64,000 nucleotides of DNA from a virus: positions 40,663-104,662 of the IMG/VR virus record IMGVR_UViG_3300035703_000036; one strand, written 5' to 3'. Positions 1 to 10,798 of this stretch are shown one piece after another. The position numbers were made by a program, and so were the translations under genes. Below the pieces are notes generated by a model that was not told the DNA's origin, made no database searches, and saw only the letters and a program-made list of their open reading frames with translations. Numbering within the stretch: the first letter of the stretch is position 1; every line of letters begins with the position of its first letter.

Positions 1-114
1 TAATTTTTTTCTGTCGTATTCTTTATCTGATTTTATTGTTTTATTAGGAGGCATCTTAACGCCTCTCGTCTTTATTTTAGGTAATTTAATTTTTATGCTC
101 TTAAATTTTCCCAT
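1..114 (-). CDS. Small basic protein, 3' end outside window (MGKFKSIKIKLPKIKTRGVKMPPNKTIKSDKEYDRKKL...), ArfA-like motif
   Basis: Manually translated, not in ORF track; ATG at 114 with AGGAG SD at 118-122; frame open to window edge. Confidence 0.6.
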   Translation of the reverse strand, partial: MGKFKSIKIKLPKIKTRGVKMPPNKTIKSDKEYDRKKL

Positions 115-126
115 ATACTCCTAAAA

Positions 127-170
127 TAAAGATTGCGAGTCACAATCTTTACATTGATATCAATATATTA
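127..170. promoter_or_regulatory. Back-to-back CAATCTTTA motifs (putative divergent late promoters) plus ATTGATATCAAT palindrome/IHF-like site
   Basis: TAAAGATTG 127-135 and CAATCTTTA 143-151 between divergent genes; TATCAATATATTA 158-170 fits WATCAANNNNTTR. Confidence 0.55.
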
Positions 171-204
171 CCACTCTTATCACTTAAATCAATCGGAAAT
201 TTTA

Positions 205-2853
205 ATGGCAAAGGGATTATTTCCAAATCTTAATAATAGTATAAATAAAGCCTTGGGTATTCAAGGGTCTACTAATATTGGAACTAATAAAAAAGCGCCT
301 TGGGAAAATTGGAACGGCTCTAATACTGATGGCGATATTTTTTTTAGTCCTTGGGTTATTAAACCTGAAAGATGGAATAAAACTTTTCCATATAGGTTAT
401 TAGTTTATGACGTAAGTAAAGGCGCAATAGTTGCCGGATCTAGTGGATCTGGAAATGTTACTAATGAATACTCATACTTAGAAGGTAATGGATTTATTCT
501 TTCTCAAGAGGCTGCTGATCCAAATTGGATTTATAATTTTCAATTAACTCCTCAGCAATTCACTGTCGCCGATCAATATTCAATAAATACTACATCAACT
601 ATGAGAGGGATTGTAGAAGAACATAATGGTGTAAAATTTAAAAATGTAACTATAGCCGGTACTACGGGTGTGTGGCCTAAAAAGCCTACAATTGCTGGAA
701 CCCCAAAAGCTCCCTCGTTTTTAGGTAGCGCTTTAGGCGGAACTTTAGAAGCTACAAAAAAACTTAATGAATCTTTGTCAAGAATTGCAAATGCCGCTAC
801 CGGAAAACATCCAAGCGGTTCTACAAATTGGGATAAACCTGAAGATTTAGGACAAATACAGTCTACTGGATATTACCAAGCTTTATTGTTAAGTCAATTT
901 TTAGAAAGATATGCTCAAGCAAAGAAGAATCCAGAAAATAAATCTTGGAGATTAGTTTTAGATAATCCAAAAGAAAATCAATCTTTTGTTGTTACGCCTA
1001 TAAATTTTTCTTTACAAAAAAACCAACAACATCCTCACATGTATAATTACAGTCTTCAATTGAAGGCTTGGAAAAGAATCAATTTAAGCATACAACCGAT
1101 TGATCCTCCTACTTTTCAAGGAATTGATGCTAATTTCTTGCAAAGAATGAACTCTACAATCAGAGAAACCAGAAGAGCCTTATCTAATTCTATTAATCTT
1201 ATAAAAGCAGTCAGAGGTGATTTTCAAGGGCCTTTAAATACTTTAAGACAAACAGCTTTGGCCGTAAAAGATCTTGGCGGATTAGCGTTCACAGCCGCAG
1301 ATTTGCCTCGACAAATTCAAAATGATTACAAAAGCTCTCTAAAAGACGCTTTATACATAACTAGAAATTCCTTCAAAAGAGATTCTACACAAAGAGCTAA
1401 TCAAGGTACAGGCGGCGCAAGCTCATCTTCTTTAAAGAATTCCAGCTCTACTGTTAGAGCGGCAGCGGCAGTTAGCGCGATCACTTCGGATAAACTGACT
1501 CATGAAGGAGTTTCAGATTCTTTCGTTGCTTCAGGCGCGTTGGGAGTGGGAGCTTCTCAGTTAAATCAAGTAGATCCTTTAAATAACATATTTCAAAATC
1601 CTGAAGAAAATTTTGAGTTATTTGATTCGGTTAATCTAGACTCCTTAACTTTAACCCCAGAACAGACTCAAAGAATTGAAGATGAAATAGAAAATATTAG
1701 ACTTATAAATATCGATGATCTAAGAAATTTCAGAAATACAATAGAATCTCTTGCGTATGATATTGCAAATAATTTTGGAGCCGGAGATAGTACTTACGCG
1801 TATGTCTACGGTAAGCCTACGCCTAAAACAAGAATTTTTGAAATGACTACAGAAGAAAACGAGCTTTTAACTTATTTATATGAAACTATACAATGTTACG
1901 ATGTATTGACAGCAACATTATCTTGGGATGATATTAAAATTGAATCTCCTCTAGGATATGTTGGCGGAATAGCTAAAGATGCAGGTTTAACTTTTAATGA
2001 TTCTTCATCAAAATTCCTAGTTCCTGTGCCATTTGGACTAACTATTGAGGCAATTGCAGCCAGATATCTTGCAAATCCTGACAGGTGGATAGAAATAGCT
2101 ACTTTAAATAATTTAAGATCTCCATATATTGATGAAACCGGCTTTACTTATAGCTTCTTATCTAATGGAGATGGAAGACAGTTTAATGTTGACGACAGTT
2201 CGCAGAAGCTTTATATAGGTCAAAGAATAGTCCTTCAAAGCGATACCGTTCCTCAATTTATCAGAAATGTGGTATCAGTAGAAAAAATTAGCGATACTAA
2301 TTATCTCATTACAGTGGATGGGTTGGCAAATTTAGATTCCCTAACTACAATTGGAAATGCCAGAATGAGGGGTTATTTGCCGGGCACTGTTAATAGTCAA
2401 AATCAAATATACATACCTTCTGATGCGCCTTCTGATCCTGACGATAGAGTTAAAAAAATAGATGCTTTTTCTGAAGATAAATTAGTTAAAATATCCAAAG
2501 TTGATTTTTTGATCACTGATGACGGAGATCTAGCTCTAAACTCTTTAGGAGAATTTAGACTTGCGGCCGGATTAAACAATCTAATTCAGGCTTTAAAAAT
2601 AAAGGTAAAAACTAAAAAAAATACTTTATTAAATCATCTAGATTTTGGCCTAGGATTAACTCAAGGAATATCTGTGGCCGATATTGAGGCTGGAGAATTA
2701 ATAAATGAATTCAATAGAATAATAAAACAAGATCCCAGATATTCTAGAGTTTCTAGGATACAAATTAAAGTTCAGCCCCCACAAATAACTATCGATATGG
2801 CGGTAGAAGTGGCGAATGGCAACGGGGTAATTCCTATAAGTTTTACTGTTTAG
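205..2853 (+). CDS. Baseplate multidomain protein: tube-initiator-like N-terminus, LysM-like domain, C-terminal gp25/GPW-like wedge domain
   Basis: TIEAIAARYLANPDRWIEIATLNNL (LysM-like); DGDLAL..GLNNLIQAL..HLDFGLGL..IKQDPR (gp25-like); directly upstream of baseplate J; ATG 205 preferred to TTG 133. Confidence 0.75.
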   Translation: MAKGLFPNLNNSINKALGIQGSTNIGTNKKAPWENWNGSNTDGDIFFSPWVIKPERWNKTFPYRLLVYDVSKGAIVAGSSGSGNVTNEYSYLEGNGFILSQEAADPNWIYNFQLTPQQFTVADQYSINTTSTMRGIVEEHNGVKFKNVTIAGTTGVWPKKPTIAGTPKAPSFLGSALGGTLEATKKLNESLSRIANAATGKHPSGSTNWDKPEDLGQIQSTGYYQALLLSQFLERYAQAKKNPENKSWRLVLDNPKENQSFVVTPINFSLQKNQQHPHMYNYSLQLKAWKRINLSIQPIDPPTFQGIDANFLQRMNSTIRETRRALSNSINLIKAVRGDFQGPLNTLRQTALAVKDLGGLAFTAADLPRQIQNDYKSSLKDALYITRNSFKRDSTQRANQGTGGASSSSLKNSSSTVRAAAAVSAITSDKLTHEGVSDSFVASGALGVGASQLNQVDPLNNIFQNPEENFELFDSVNLDSLTLTPEQTQRIEDEIENIRLINIDDLRNFRNTIESLAYDIANNFGAGDSTYAYVYGKPTPKTRIFEMTTEENELLTYLYETIQCYDVLTATLSWDDIKIESPLGYVGGIAKDAGLTFNDSSSKFLVPVPFGLTIEAIAARYLANPDRWIEIATLNNLRSPYIDETGFTYSFLSNGDGRQFNVDDSSQKLYIGQRIVLQSDTVPQFIRNVVSVEKISDTNYLITVDGLANLDSLTTIGNARMRGYLPGTVNSQNQIYIPSDAPSDPDDRVKKIDAFSEDKLVKISKVDFLITDDGDLALNSLGEFRLAAGLNNLIQALKIKVKTKKNTLLNHLDFGLGLTQGISVADIEAGELINEFNRIIKQDPRYSRVSRIQIKVQPPQITIDMAVEVANGNGVIPISFTV

Positions 2854-2882
2854 TGTTAATATTATGTAAATGAGGTTTATAT

Positions 2883-5800
2883 ATGGCTGATCAACCAAAA
2901 GTTAAAAGTAGAGAGCAAATTTTAGGAGAAATGTTAGCTACATTTTTGTCTAAAACAGGTATTAACGATCTTAACGTAGGGTCTGTTAACACTTCATTTT
3001 TTGAAACAATGGCTCAGGCTATTTATAGAGCTTCTGGAGATACCTTATCTATATTAAGAGATTTTTCAGTAGATAGAGCTACGGGCGAGGCTTTAAAAAG
3101 AATTGCTACAGAAGAAAGAATTTATCCAAAATCAGCAAGAGTGGCTACTGGAAAGGTTACTATTATTGATACTTCTTTTGAAAAAATTTCAACAAAAATT
3201 TATGCAGGAGCCAACTCTCCAAACGTAGGATCTTCAATGATTCTAGTTTCTGACGCTTCTCTTTTTACTCCTGCTGGAGCTATCTATATTGGTAGAGGAA
3301 CTCCAAATGTAGAAGGGCCTATTTCGTATTCATCAATAACGCCAGTTGGAGGATATTATCAAATTAATTTATCTACTCCAACAACTAAATTTCATAATAT
3401 ATCTGAATCGGTAGTACTTTCTCAAGGTGGGCTTAGAAATATTTCAGTAGGAACCTCAGTAAGAGCGCCGGCTACAGGCGATACTGATGATATCGTTTTT
3501 TCTGTAACATCTGCTGCTGTTATTTTGGACGGAGAAAATCAAATTTCAAATGTTCCAGTCGCTGCTCAACAGCCTGGCACTGAAGGAAACGTTCCGAGAG
3601 GTGCTATTAGAGAGTTTGTGTCTCCTCCTTTTACTGGAGCTTCCGTTATCAATGAATCTCCTTTTTCTACTGGTAGAAATGAAGAAACCGATGAAGAATT
3701 AAGAGATAGAATTAAGAGATCTCGCATATCAAAAGGGCTAGGTACTTCTATTGCAATTAAAAATGCGGTACTAGGCGCTCAAGCTACAGATGAAAGCGCA
3801 GTAGTTTCATCAGACGAAATATTTTCTTTTGGATCAGACAACACAGTTCTTTATGTAGACGATGGAACTGGATATGAAGAAAAATCTTCTGGAGTAGGAT
3901 TAGAATTTATAATAGATTCAGCTCTTGGTGGAGAACAGTATTTTCAATTAGCTACTGGTGGTAGACAGACCTCTATTTCTAAAGCCACTTTAGAGTCTAT
4001 TCAGGATGGGCCTTTTGATATTATTCCTACAGATAGATTAGCTATTTTGGTCGGCGGAGTTTTAAGCGAACATATATTTAATTCAGGAGATTTTAGAAGT
4101 GAAGGTTTTGCTACGGCTTATGAAGTCGCAGCAAGTATCAATTCAAATTCTTCTTTAACTTTTTCGGCTTCAACTTCTTCAAATGGAAAAAGAGTAACTA
4201 TTCAGGCTAAAACCGAATCTAATGAAGAGCTTTTAATTACATCTCCCACAACTGGAAGAAATGCCGGAATTGCTTTATATTTTCCTTCAAACGAAATTCA
4301 AACTTTAAGACTTTATAAAAATAATAAACCTCTAAGCAAAAACGGTCAATCTGCTATTATTGAAAGTAGAAATCAAAGCGATTGGTCTAGCACTATTGGA
4401 TCAGGAGATACATTAATAATTTCTGTAGATAATACAGCTTCAATTACATATTCATTTACGGATGCTGATTTCCTAGCTGAAGGAAACTATATATCAGTAA
4501 ATAAAAACAATTCCCTTCAATCTTGGATTAATGTTATTAATAAAAAAGTTACCGGAGTAACCGCTTCTATAGATGGAAATAAAATAAAAATAATATCCAA
4601 TAAAGGCGCAAATTCTACGGCTGCTTTATCGATCGATGTATTATCAACTCTAGTAAGTAAAGGGATGTTTAGCGTATCTACAGGCCTAGTTTCTTCAGGA
4701 AAAGCTGCGGATTTTATCGTATCTAGAAATACAGCCCAAATCAAACTGACCAGCCCTTTAGAAGCTGGAGATAGCTTGGCGGCAGGTTCTGAATTTACAA
4801 AAGGATATATTTACAGTTCGCCTATTTTAGGCGGAAATTTGACTTTAACATCTGATGCTTATTTGTGGCTACTAATAGATAATGCGGACGCTGAAATTAT
4901 TAGTACTGGAGTAGTTGGAGATACATTAGTAGATGTTTCTAAACCTTTTGCCAATATAGTTAGATATACATCCAACTCACCTTCAGCATTTGCAAATGTG
5001 CAAGTTGGGGATACGGTTATTGTATGGTCTAATGAATTGAGCTTAGGAAATAGGCTTGAAGCTAAAGTTTACGCTAAAACTAATACTACTCTAGATATTA
5101 AGGTAACTTCAGCAGAATACGCTGCCGCTGTAGTGGAATCTGCAATTGTTTTTAAAGAAGGTTTTGTAGTTATTAGAACAGACAAGGCTGTACAAAAAAT
5201 AAAAATTGCTTCTGGGGCTTATAACATCAATACTATAGTTTCAATTATTAATTTACAATTAATAGGGGCTACATCTTCCGTAATTGGAGATGAGATTATT
5301 AATATTACGACTGATAGCGAAGATATCTATGGTTGTGTTTTATTGGTAGCTCAAAATGATGCTGGTAAAGGTCTTAATTTTACTTTAGCATCTTTTGCTA
5401 AAACTGAATTTTCTCAATTTGCTTTTTATGAAGCTAAAAATGCAGATAGCTATTTTCCGGCTTTTGTTCATTCTAAAATAACCGATGATAATTTTGCTGA
5501 CGTACCAAATTCTTTTATCACAAGTTTTAATTCTGCCGTAGTATTAGCTTCTGAAAATATTGATCCTAATTTTATGGTCTGTCCAGTAAACCCTTTTAGC
5601 CCTGTTGCTGATAATATATCGGACAATGAATGTGTTCAAATTAAAAATTTAAGCTCTAATACTGTAAACATCAATCAGAGTCCTTTAATTAGAAGATTAA
5701 GAATAGACGATAGATTTTATGCCGCTCTTCCTTTTGATTTTGGATATAATGATTCTGTTGTGGTAATTCTTGATGCTGACGCTACTAATAAAACTTTTCC

Positions 5801-8800
5801 TATACCGCTATATAGAAAAGCAATAGTGAATAATACTATGCCTGTAAGCGCAAATAATTTCAGAGCCTATGATTCTGATTCTGGGCCTACTACTCAATTT
5901 TCTCAATTTTTTGGATCTTCTTATAGTTTTGATAACTATAAAGTTCTAATGCAAGCTAAAAATGCTATCAATCCTGCTTCAAATACTATCAACGAAGACT
6001 CTATACTATTTAGAAGTGCTAGATGGGGAAAAGATGGAGAAAGAATTAATGTAGGATATTCTTATCCAACATCTTCTAATCTAGGTATTTCTCATACAAT
6101 CATAGTTGATTCTATGATTAATATAAAAATATCTTTAAAATCAAACGGAATAATTCCAAATACTATTGATGGCACTACAGAATGGGATGTGACTGTAACG
6201 CCAAATACCCCTGTAGCAGGAGTTGATTCAGTTACCTATTCTTGGAATAGTATAGGAACAGATCCTGCAATGACAACTCTAAGTCCTGATCACTACGTTA
6301 CAATAAACTCTTTAGGAGATTTTAGTCCGGAAAATATCGGAACTTTTAGAGTAGACTCTGCCACTTCAACATCTTTTACAGTTTTAAGGCCTAATGGCGT
6401 AGCTGTAAATGAGTCTGCAATTGCAACTTTAACTACTAACACCATTTCCTTATATCAGAATAATAGTACGACTGCTCAGGAAATTGTAAGTTATGTAAAC
6501 TCAAATCTTTCTGATTATATCTCAGCGTCTATTCTTGATGATAATGGAGTTTCTGGGGCTGGTATAATTAATAAAAGTACTTATGAAGATACCAATTTTG
6601 CTAATGAAGGCGTAGATTTATTTGATGGAATTAATTGGATTCTTTCGACTAATCTGTCTGCTCTTTCTCCTAGTCAACAATTTTCTTTTAAAAAATCTTT
6701 AACCATACCTAGCATCAATACCGCTACATCGGGGGCTTATAATTTTACGGACGGAGAAGAATTAAGACTTATTCCTACGACATCAAAACAAATTAGTGAA
6801 TTAATATCTACTTTAGCCGTTTCAGGTTTTACAACTTTAGGATCTGTATCAAGTTCAAATAGAGAGAGTCAATTACAAATATCTAGTCAAATATTAGGAT
6901 CTAACGGAGCCGTTCAGGTAACAGGAGGAACGGCTAATTCTGTTTCTGCTCAAGTTATAGGGCAATCAAGCAAAGTTTCTGGAACTGACTATATTAACGT
7001 CTCAGTTTTAAGATCTCAAGCGTCAGGCTTGCATGTAGATCAAATGGTTAAATTGAGCGCGTTCTATTCTCAGAAAAAAGAAACTGGAATTAGTGAGACA
7101 ACAGGTGTTACAATATTAAATAATCAGCCGACATTAGGTCAGGCTATTGTTGAATTATCGAATAGAGAAGCTCAAGATAATTATTTTGGAATTCCAAAAA
7201 ATTGTTTTAGAGATAGATCTAGAGCTTTTCATGTGGAAAAACAAGGGGCGTTAGTTTGCGTATCTTGGGATGAATCTACTGGAGGAAACCCGATTTTTAA
7301 TAAATTAGTTGAAATAAATGACGGCGGCGGTGGATCTTTATCGGTAGATTTTGACGCTAATTTAGGCGTGACATATTACACTGTAGCTTCAGGGAATATT
7401 AGATTTTTTGAAGTAAATAAGGGTGACAAACTAACTATATCAGTACTAGCTGACGCTCAAAATAATGGAACTTTTAATATTTTAGGAGTTTCTGAAGACG
7501 GCCTAACGATCGCTACCGATAATACTTCAGGATTAGATGCCTTACCTTCAGCAATAGCCCCAAATGATATCGCAATAAATACCGAAGTTCAAGAGGGTGA
7601 TACAGTTTCTATTTCTTCTCCTTTTTCTATATTAAATCAAGGAAATTTTAGAGTTATTAGAAAATATCAAAATAGTTTTTATATTGATAACCCATCTGCT
7701 GTAGAAGAAAGAGTGATTATTTCTGATAATTTGCAATCGTTAAATTTCGATGCTACAACTCAGTTTGATGTTTCAATATCTGACGGATCAATGAAAATTT
7801 CTTGGAATGGAGTTGGAACTGAGCCTAGTTTAAACAATGCTAAATTAGGAAATATTTTAAGAGTAGGATCTGCTTTTACGGCCAATAATCAAGGCGATTT
7901 CATGGTTGTTAGATCAGAAGGAAATCAGTATCAAAAATTTGAAATAAATTGTTCTGATGCCGTTTCAATTACAAGCGGACAATATTTTACATTAGATCTT
8001 CCAAACGGCGGAACTTCTTATTACGCTTGGTTTAATAAAGACGGATCAGGCGGAAATCCTTTTCCAATTGGCAAAACAGATATATCTGGAGGATCTGGAA
8101 TTGTAATTTCCACAGGCGATTCTTCTAGTATAGTAGCAAATGCAGTTCAGGCTGTTATTGATGCGGTTGTTGGTTTTACATCAACTGTTTCCGGAAATAT
8201 TGTCACAACAATCTGTGACAATGCAGGGCCTACAATCAATGCTGCAAATGTAGACGTTGGCGGAAGCTTCTCTATTGTAATTAAAAAACAAGGCGATTAT
8301 CAGTTTATTGAATGTGCTAACGCAAAAGCTTTTGCTCAGTCCGGCATAATGGTATCGGGAGTAGGTCTAGATGTTTTAGAAAGTCATATTCCTTCTCTTA
8401 TTTTTAGAGAATATGAAGCAGCTATAGCCGGAGATAAATTTGTAGTATCAGGAAGCGTATTAGGCTCAAACAATATTTCAGACTATACAATTTATGAAGT
8501 TTTAAGTAAAAATAAGATAGTAGTAAGTTCGAATATGGACGAAGTAGAAAGTCTAGTTTTAAATTCTGACTATATTCAAGTTTATGTAGAGGAACAAAAT
8601 CCTTACATTGGTTATAAAAAAATATATTCCATGCTAGTAGATCCTAGCAATTCAAATAGAATGAATTTAATTTTTGATACAAACAATCAAAGATTAAAAA
8701 TTAATGACGTAGGAGAAGTTACAATATCTGCAATTGGCAAGCTATCTTTTTCTGAAGTCGTTAAAAAAGGTCTAGATTCATACCGTTATAATACAGGATT

Positions 8801-9197
8801 AATTGCCGAAGCAAATAGAATTGTGTACGGAGATCCTAGAGATAACGTAACCTACTCAGGTGTAGCGGCTGCGGGCGCTGAAATTTTCATAAAGCCGCCT
8901 TTGCCTAGACGTATTACAGTATCTATTAGCGTAAGAGTTAATACTGGCGTTCCTTTTAATAAAATTTCGGAACAAGTTAGAAGTAATATTGCATCGCTAG
9001 TCAATTCTAGCCCTATAGGTCAGTCGATAGCTATCAGTGATATTGTCGCTACTGTTAATTCCATACCAGGTGTTTTTGCTGTAGCAATCAGCTCGCCTAC
9101 TTATGATGTATTAAATGATGTTATTGTAGTTAATCCTGCAGAAAAACCAATTATTATTGATATTGTCAATGATATTACAGTATCAAAGGTCGGATAA
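2883..9197 (+). CDS. Giant baseplate J/gp6-like wedge protein with a very large internal multi-domain insertion
   Basis: N-terminal DRATGEALKRIA, PGTEGNVPRGAI, GRNEETDEELRDRI; C-terminal AAAGAEIFI..IGQSIAISDIVATVNSIPGV. Confidence 0.85.
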   Translation: MADQPKVKSREQILGEMLATFLSKTGINDLNVGSVNTSFFETMAQAIYRASGDTLSILRDFSVDRATGEALKRIATEERIYPKSARVATGKVTIIDTSFEKISTKIYAGANSPNVGSSMILVSDASLFTPAGAIYIGRGTPNVEGPISYSSITPVGGYYQINLSTPTTKFHNISESVVLSQGGLRNISVGTSVRAPATGDTDDIVFSVTSAAVILDGENQISNVPVAAQQPGTEGNVPRGAIREFVSPPFTGASVINESPFSTGRNEETDEELRDRIKRSRISKGLGTSIAIKNAVLGAQATDESAVVSSDEIFSFGSDNTVLYVDDGTGYEEKSSGVGLEFIIDSALGGEQYFQLATGGRQTSISKATLESIQDGPFDIIPTDRLAILVGGVLSEHIFNSGDFRSEGFATAYEVAASINSNSSLTFSASTSSNGKRVTIQAKTESNEELLITSPTTGRNAGIALYFPSNEIQTLRLYKNNKPLSKNGQSAIIESRNQSDWSSTIGSGDTLIISVDNTASITYSFTDADFLAEGNYISVNKNNSLQSWINVINKKVTGVTASIDGNKIKIISNKGANSTAALSIDVLSTLVSKGMFSVSTGLVSSGKAADFIVSRNTAQIKLTSPLEAGDSLAAGSEFTKGYIYSSPILGGNLTLTSDAYLWLLIDNADAEIISTGVVGDTLVDVSKPFANIVRYTSNSPSAFANVQVGDTVIVWSNELSLGNRLEAKVYAKTNTTLDIKVTSAEYAAAVVESAIVFKEGFVVIRTDKAVQKIKIASGAYNINTIVSIINLQLIGATSSVIGDEIINITTDSEDIYGCVLLVAQNDAGKGLNFTLASFAKTEFSQFAFYEAKNADSYFPAFVHSKITDDNFADVPNSFITSFNSAVVLASENIDPNFMVCPVNPFSPVADNISDNECVQIKNLSSNTVNINQSPLIRRLRIDDRFYAALPFDFGYNDSVVVILDADATNKTFPIPLYRKAIVNNTMPVSANNFRAYDSDSGPTTQFSQFFGSSYSFDNYKVLMQAKNAINPASNTINEDSILFRSARWGKDGERINVGYSYPTSSNLGISHTIIVDSMINIKISLKSNGIIPNTIDGTTEWDVTVTPNTPVAGVDSVTYSWNSIGTDPAMTTLSPDHYVTINSLGDFSPENIGTFRVDSATSTSFTVLRPNGVAVNESAIATLTTNTISLYQNNSTTAQEIVSYVNSNLSDYISASILDDNGVSGAGIINKSTYEDTNFANEGVDLFDGINWILSTNLSALSPSQQFSFKKSLTIPSINTATSGAYNFTDGEELRLIPTTSKQISELISTLAVSGFTTLGSVSSSNRESQLQISSQILGSNGAVQVTGGTANSVSAQVIGQSSKVSGTDYINVSVLRSQASGLHVDQMVKLSAFYSQKKETGISETTGVTILNNQPTLGQAIVELSNREAQDNYFGIPKNCFRDRSRAFHVEKQGALVCVSWDESTGGNPIFNKLVEINDGGGGSLSVDFDANLGVTYYTVASGNIRFFEVNKGDKLTISVLADAQNNGTFNILGVSEDGLTIATDNTSGLDALPSAIAPNDIAINTEVQEGDTVSISSPFSILNQGNFRVIRKYQNSFYIDNPSAVEERVIISDNLQSLNFDATTQFDVSISDGSMKISWNGVGTEPSLNNAKLGNILRVGSAFTANNQGDFMVVRSEGNQYQKFEINCSDAVSITSGQYFTLDLPNGGTSYYAWFNKDGSGGNPFPIGKTDISGGSGIVISTGDSSSIVANAVQAVIDAVVGFTSTVSGNIVTTICDNAGPTINAANVDVGGSFSIVIKKQGDYQFIECANAKAFAQSGIMVSGVGLDVLESHIPSLIFREYEAAIAGDKFVVSGSVLGSNNISDYTIYEVLSKNKIVVSSNMDEVESLVLNSDYIQVYVEEQNPYIGYKKIYSMLVDPSNSNRMNLIFDTNNQRLKINDVGEVTISAIGKLSFSEVVKKGLDSYRYNTGLIAEANRIVYGDPRDNVTYSGVAAAGAEIFIKPPLPRRITVSISVRVNTGVPFNKISEQVRSNIASLVNSSPIGQSIAISDIVATVNSIPGVFAVAISSPTYDVLNDVIVVNPAEKPIIIDIVNDITVSKVG

Positions 9198-9198
9198 T

Positions 9199-10797
9199 AT
9201 GGCAACAATTGAAGATGAAAAAAAGAGGTTAAGACAATATCTAAATCCTACTATCAAAGGGCCAAATGTAGATTCTGTTTTGGAATCTTTGGCTACTGGT
9301 ACTTCTCATTTAATAAACAATGTTGAAGCCGTAAATGATTCGCTATATATCGTCACAGCTCAAGGAAAATATCTTGATGCTAGATTAGCAGATAAAAATT
9401 TAACTAGACCAGAAAATGTAGGACTTTCAGACGAAGTTTTTAGACAAATAGGTATAGAAGTTTCCGCTAGAAAACAAGTAAGAGATTTAATTTTGTCTAT
9501 TCTAGGTATCGTTTACGGAGAAGAGTTTACAAAAGCCACAATGAATTCTACTGAATTTGAGCCTTATCAGCTTGAAAATGGTGACTCTTTAATGATTCAG
9601 TTTGATGATGAAGAAAAAGTAGAAGTATTCTTTGATTCATCTCAGTTTGCTAGTATAAATGCCGCTACAGCGCAGGAAGTTGCGGATACAATTACAAAAG
9701 AAATTAGAAGACTAGGAAGAAGAGGATCTGCAGTTGCTAAAAATGATGGTGTAGGCGGATATGTAATGCTAATGTCTGAAACTTTAGGCCCCTCTTCAAC
9801 CGTTAAGGTGGTTGGTGGCAAGGCTCAAAATAAATTAAAATTCCCAAGCATTAGACCTACTTCAGGACTTGCTTCAACTCAATGGAAACTGGAGCTAGTA
9901 GCGGGCGGACTTGTAAGAGCTACTTGGATTGGAGGAGCAGATCCTTCGGTTGGTAAAGTTAAAAAAAATGATTATGTAAATATATACGGATCTTCTTTTG
10001 ATTCTTATAATAGAGGGACTTTTACCGTAGTAAATGTCAATGGTGGACTTGCAGGTGAAGCTTATTTTGAATTTATAAACCCAAGCGGAGTTCCAGAGAC
10101 AAAAGCTCAAGGAATATCTGAAGGTGTTTTATTTTTTAATCCAATTAGAAATACTATAAATTCTAAAACAACTTTTGCTACATTGTATCAAACAGAATCT
10201 AGATTGCTGGAAGTTTTTATGCCAGCCACTACAAAAGTAGTGAGAAGAGAAAGGATAGGATCTGCCCATTTACATGAATCTGGAGCTTCTGCATCAGACG
10301 AGCTTGGGCCTTATATTTTTGATGTAACTAAACCCTATGTCATAGGCCAAGAAGAATGTAATACAACCACTCAAGTTGATTCTGGAACAGGAATTATTGT
10401 GAATGTGGATAATTCTGCCAATATACCAGATCAATCAGGATTTTTAGTGTTTGGCTTTGGAACTTCTTTAGAAGAAGGGCCCGTACCTTATATTGCCAGA
10501 CCGTCATCAAATAGTATTATGATCAATCCTTCTTATAAATTTAAAAATGTTCATGCTTCTGGAACTAATATATCGCTAGTTGCTCAAAATTACGCTTACG
10601 ATGTAGCCAGAGATGGTTCTGATTACGCTTTCTATATTACGGACGTAGTGGCCGGTAGAGTTTATGCGGAAGATTTAATTAAATTAGTTTATGCTACAGG
10701 TATTAAATTAGTGATTACAATCTTGTATCCTAATGATATCGGTCTTGGAAAATACGGAACAGAAAATTCAGAGAAAGTTGTTATTTGGGGAGAATAA
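9199..10797 (+). CDS. Baseplate wedge protein (gp7/GpI-like)
   Basis: TAQGKYLD..LTRPENVGLSDEVFR N-terminus, ATGIKLVI C-terminus; follows baseplate J; ATG 9199. Confidence 0.7.
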   Translation: MATIEDEKKRLRQYLNPTIKGPNVDSVLESLATGTSHLINNVEAVNDSLYIVTAQGKYLDARLADKNLTRPENVGLSDEVFRQIGIEVSARKQVRDLILSILGIVYGEEFTKATMNSTEFEPYQLENGDSLMIQFDDEEKVEVFFDSSQFASINAATAQEVADTITKEIRRLGRRGSAVAKNDGVGGYVMLMSETLGPSSTVKVVGGKAQNKLKFPSIRPTSGLASTQWKLELVAGGLVRATWIGGADPSVGKVKKNDYVNIYGSSFDSYNRGTFTVVNVNGGLAGEAYFEFINPSGVPETKAQGISEGVLFFNPIRNTINSKTTFATLYQTESRLLEVFMPATTKVVRRERIGSAHLHESGASASDELGPYIFDVTKPYVIGQEECNTTTQVDSGTGIIVNVDNSANIPDQSGFLVFGFGTSLEEGPVPYIARPSSNSIMINPSYKFKNVHASGTNISLVAQNYAYDVARDGSDYAFYITDVVAGRVYAEDLIKLVYATGIKLVITILYPNDIGLGKYGTENSEKVVIWGE

Positions 10798-10798
10798 T

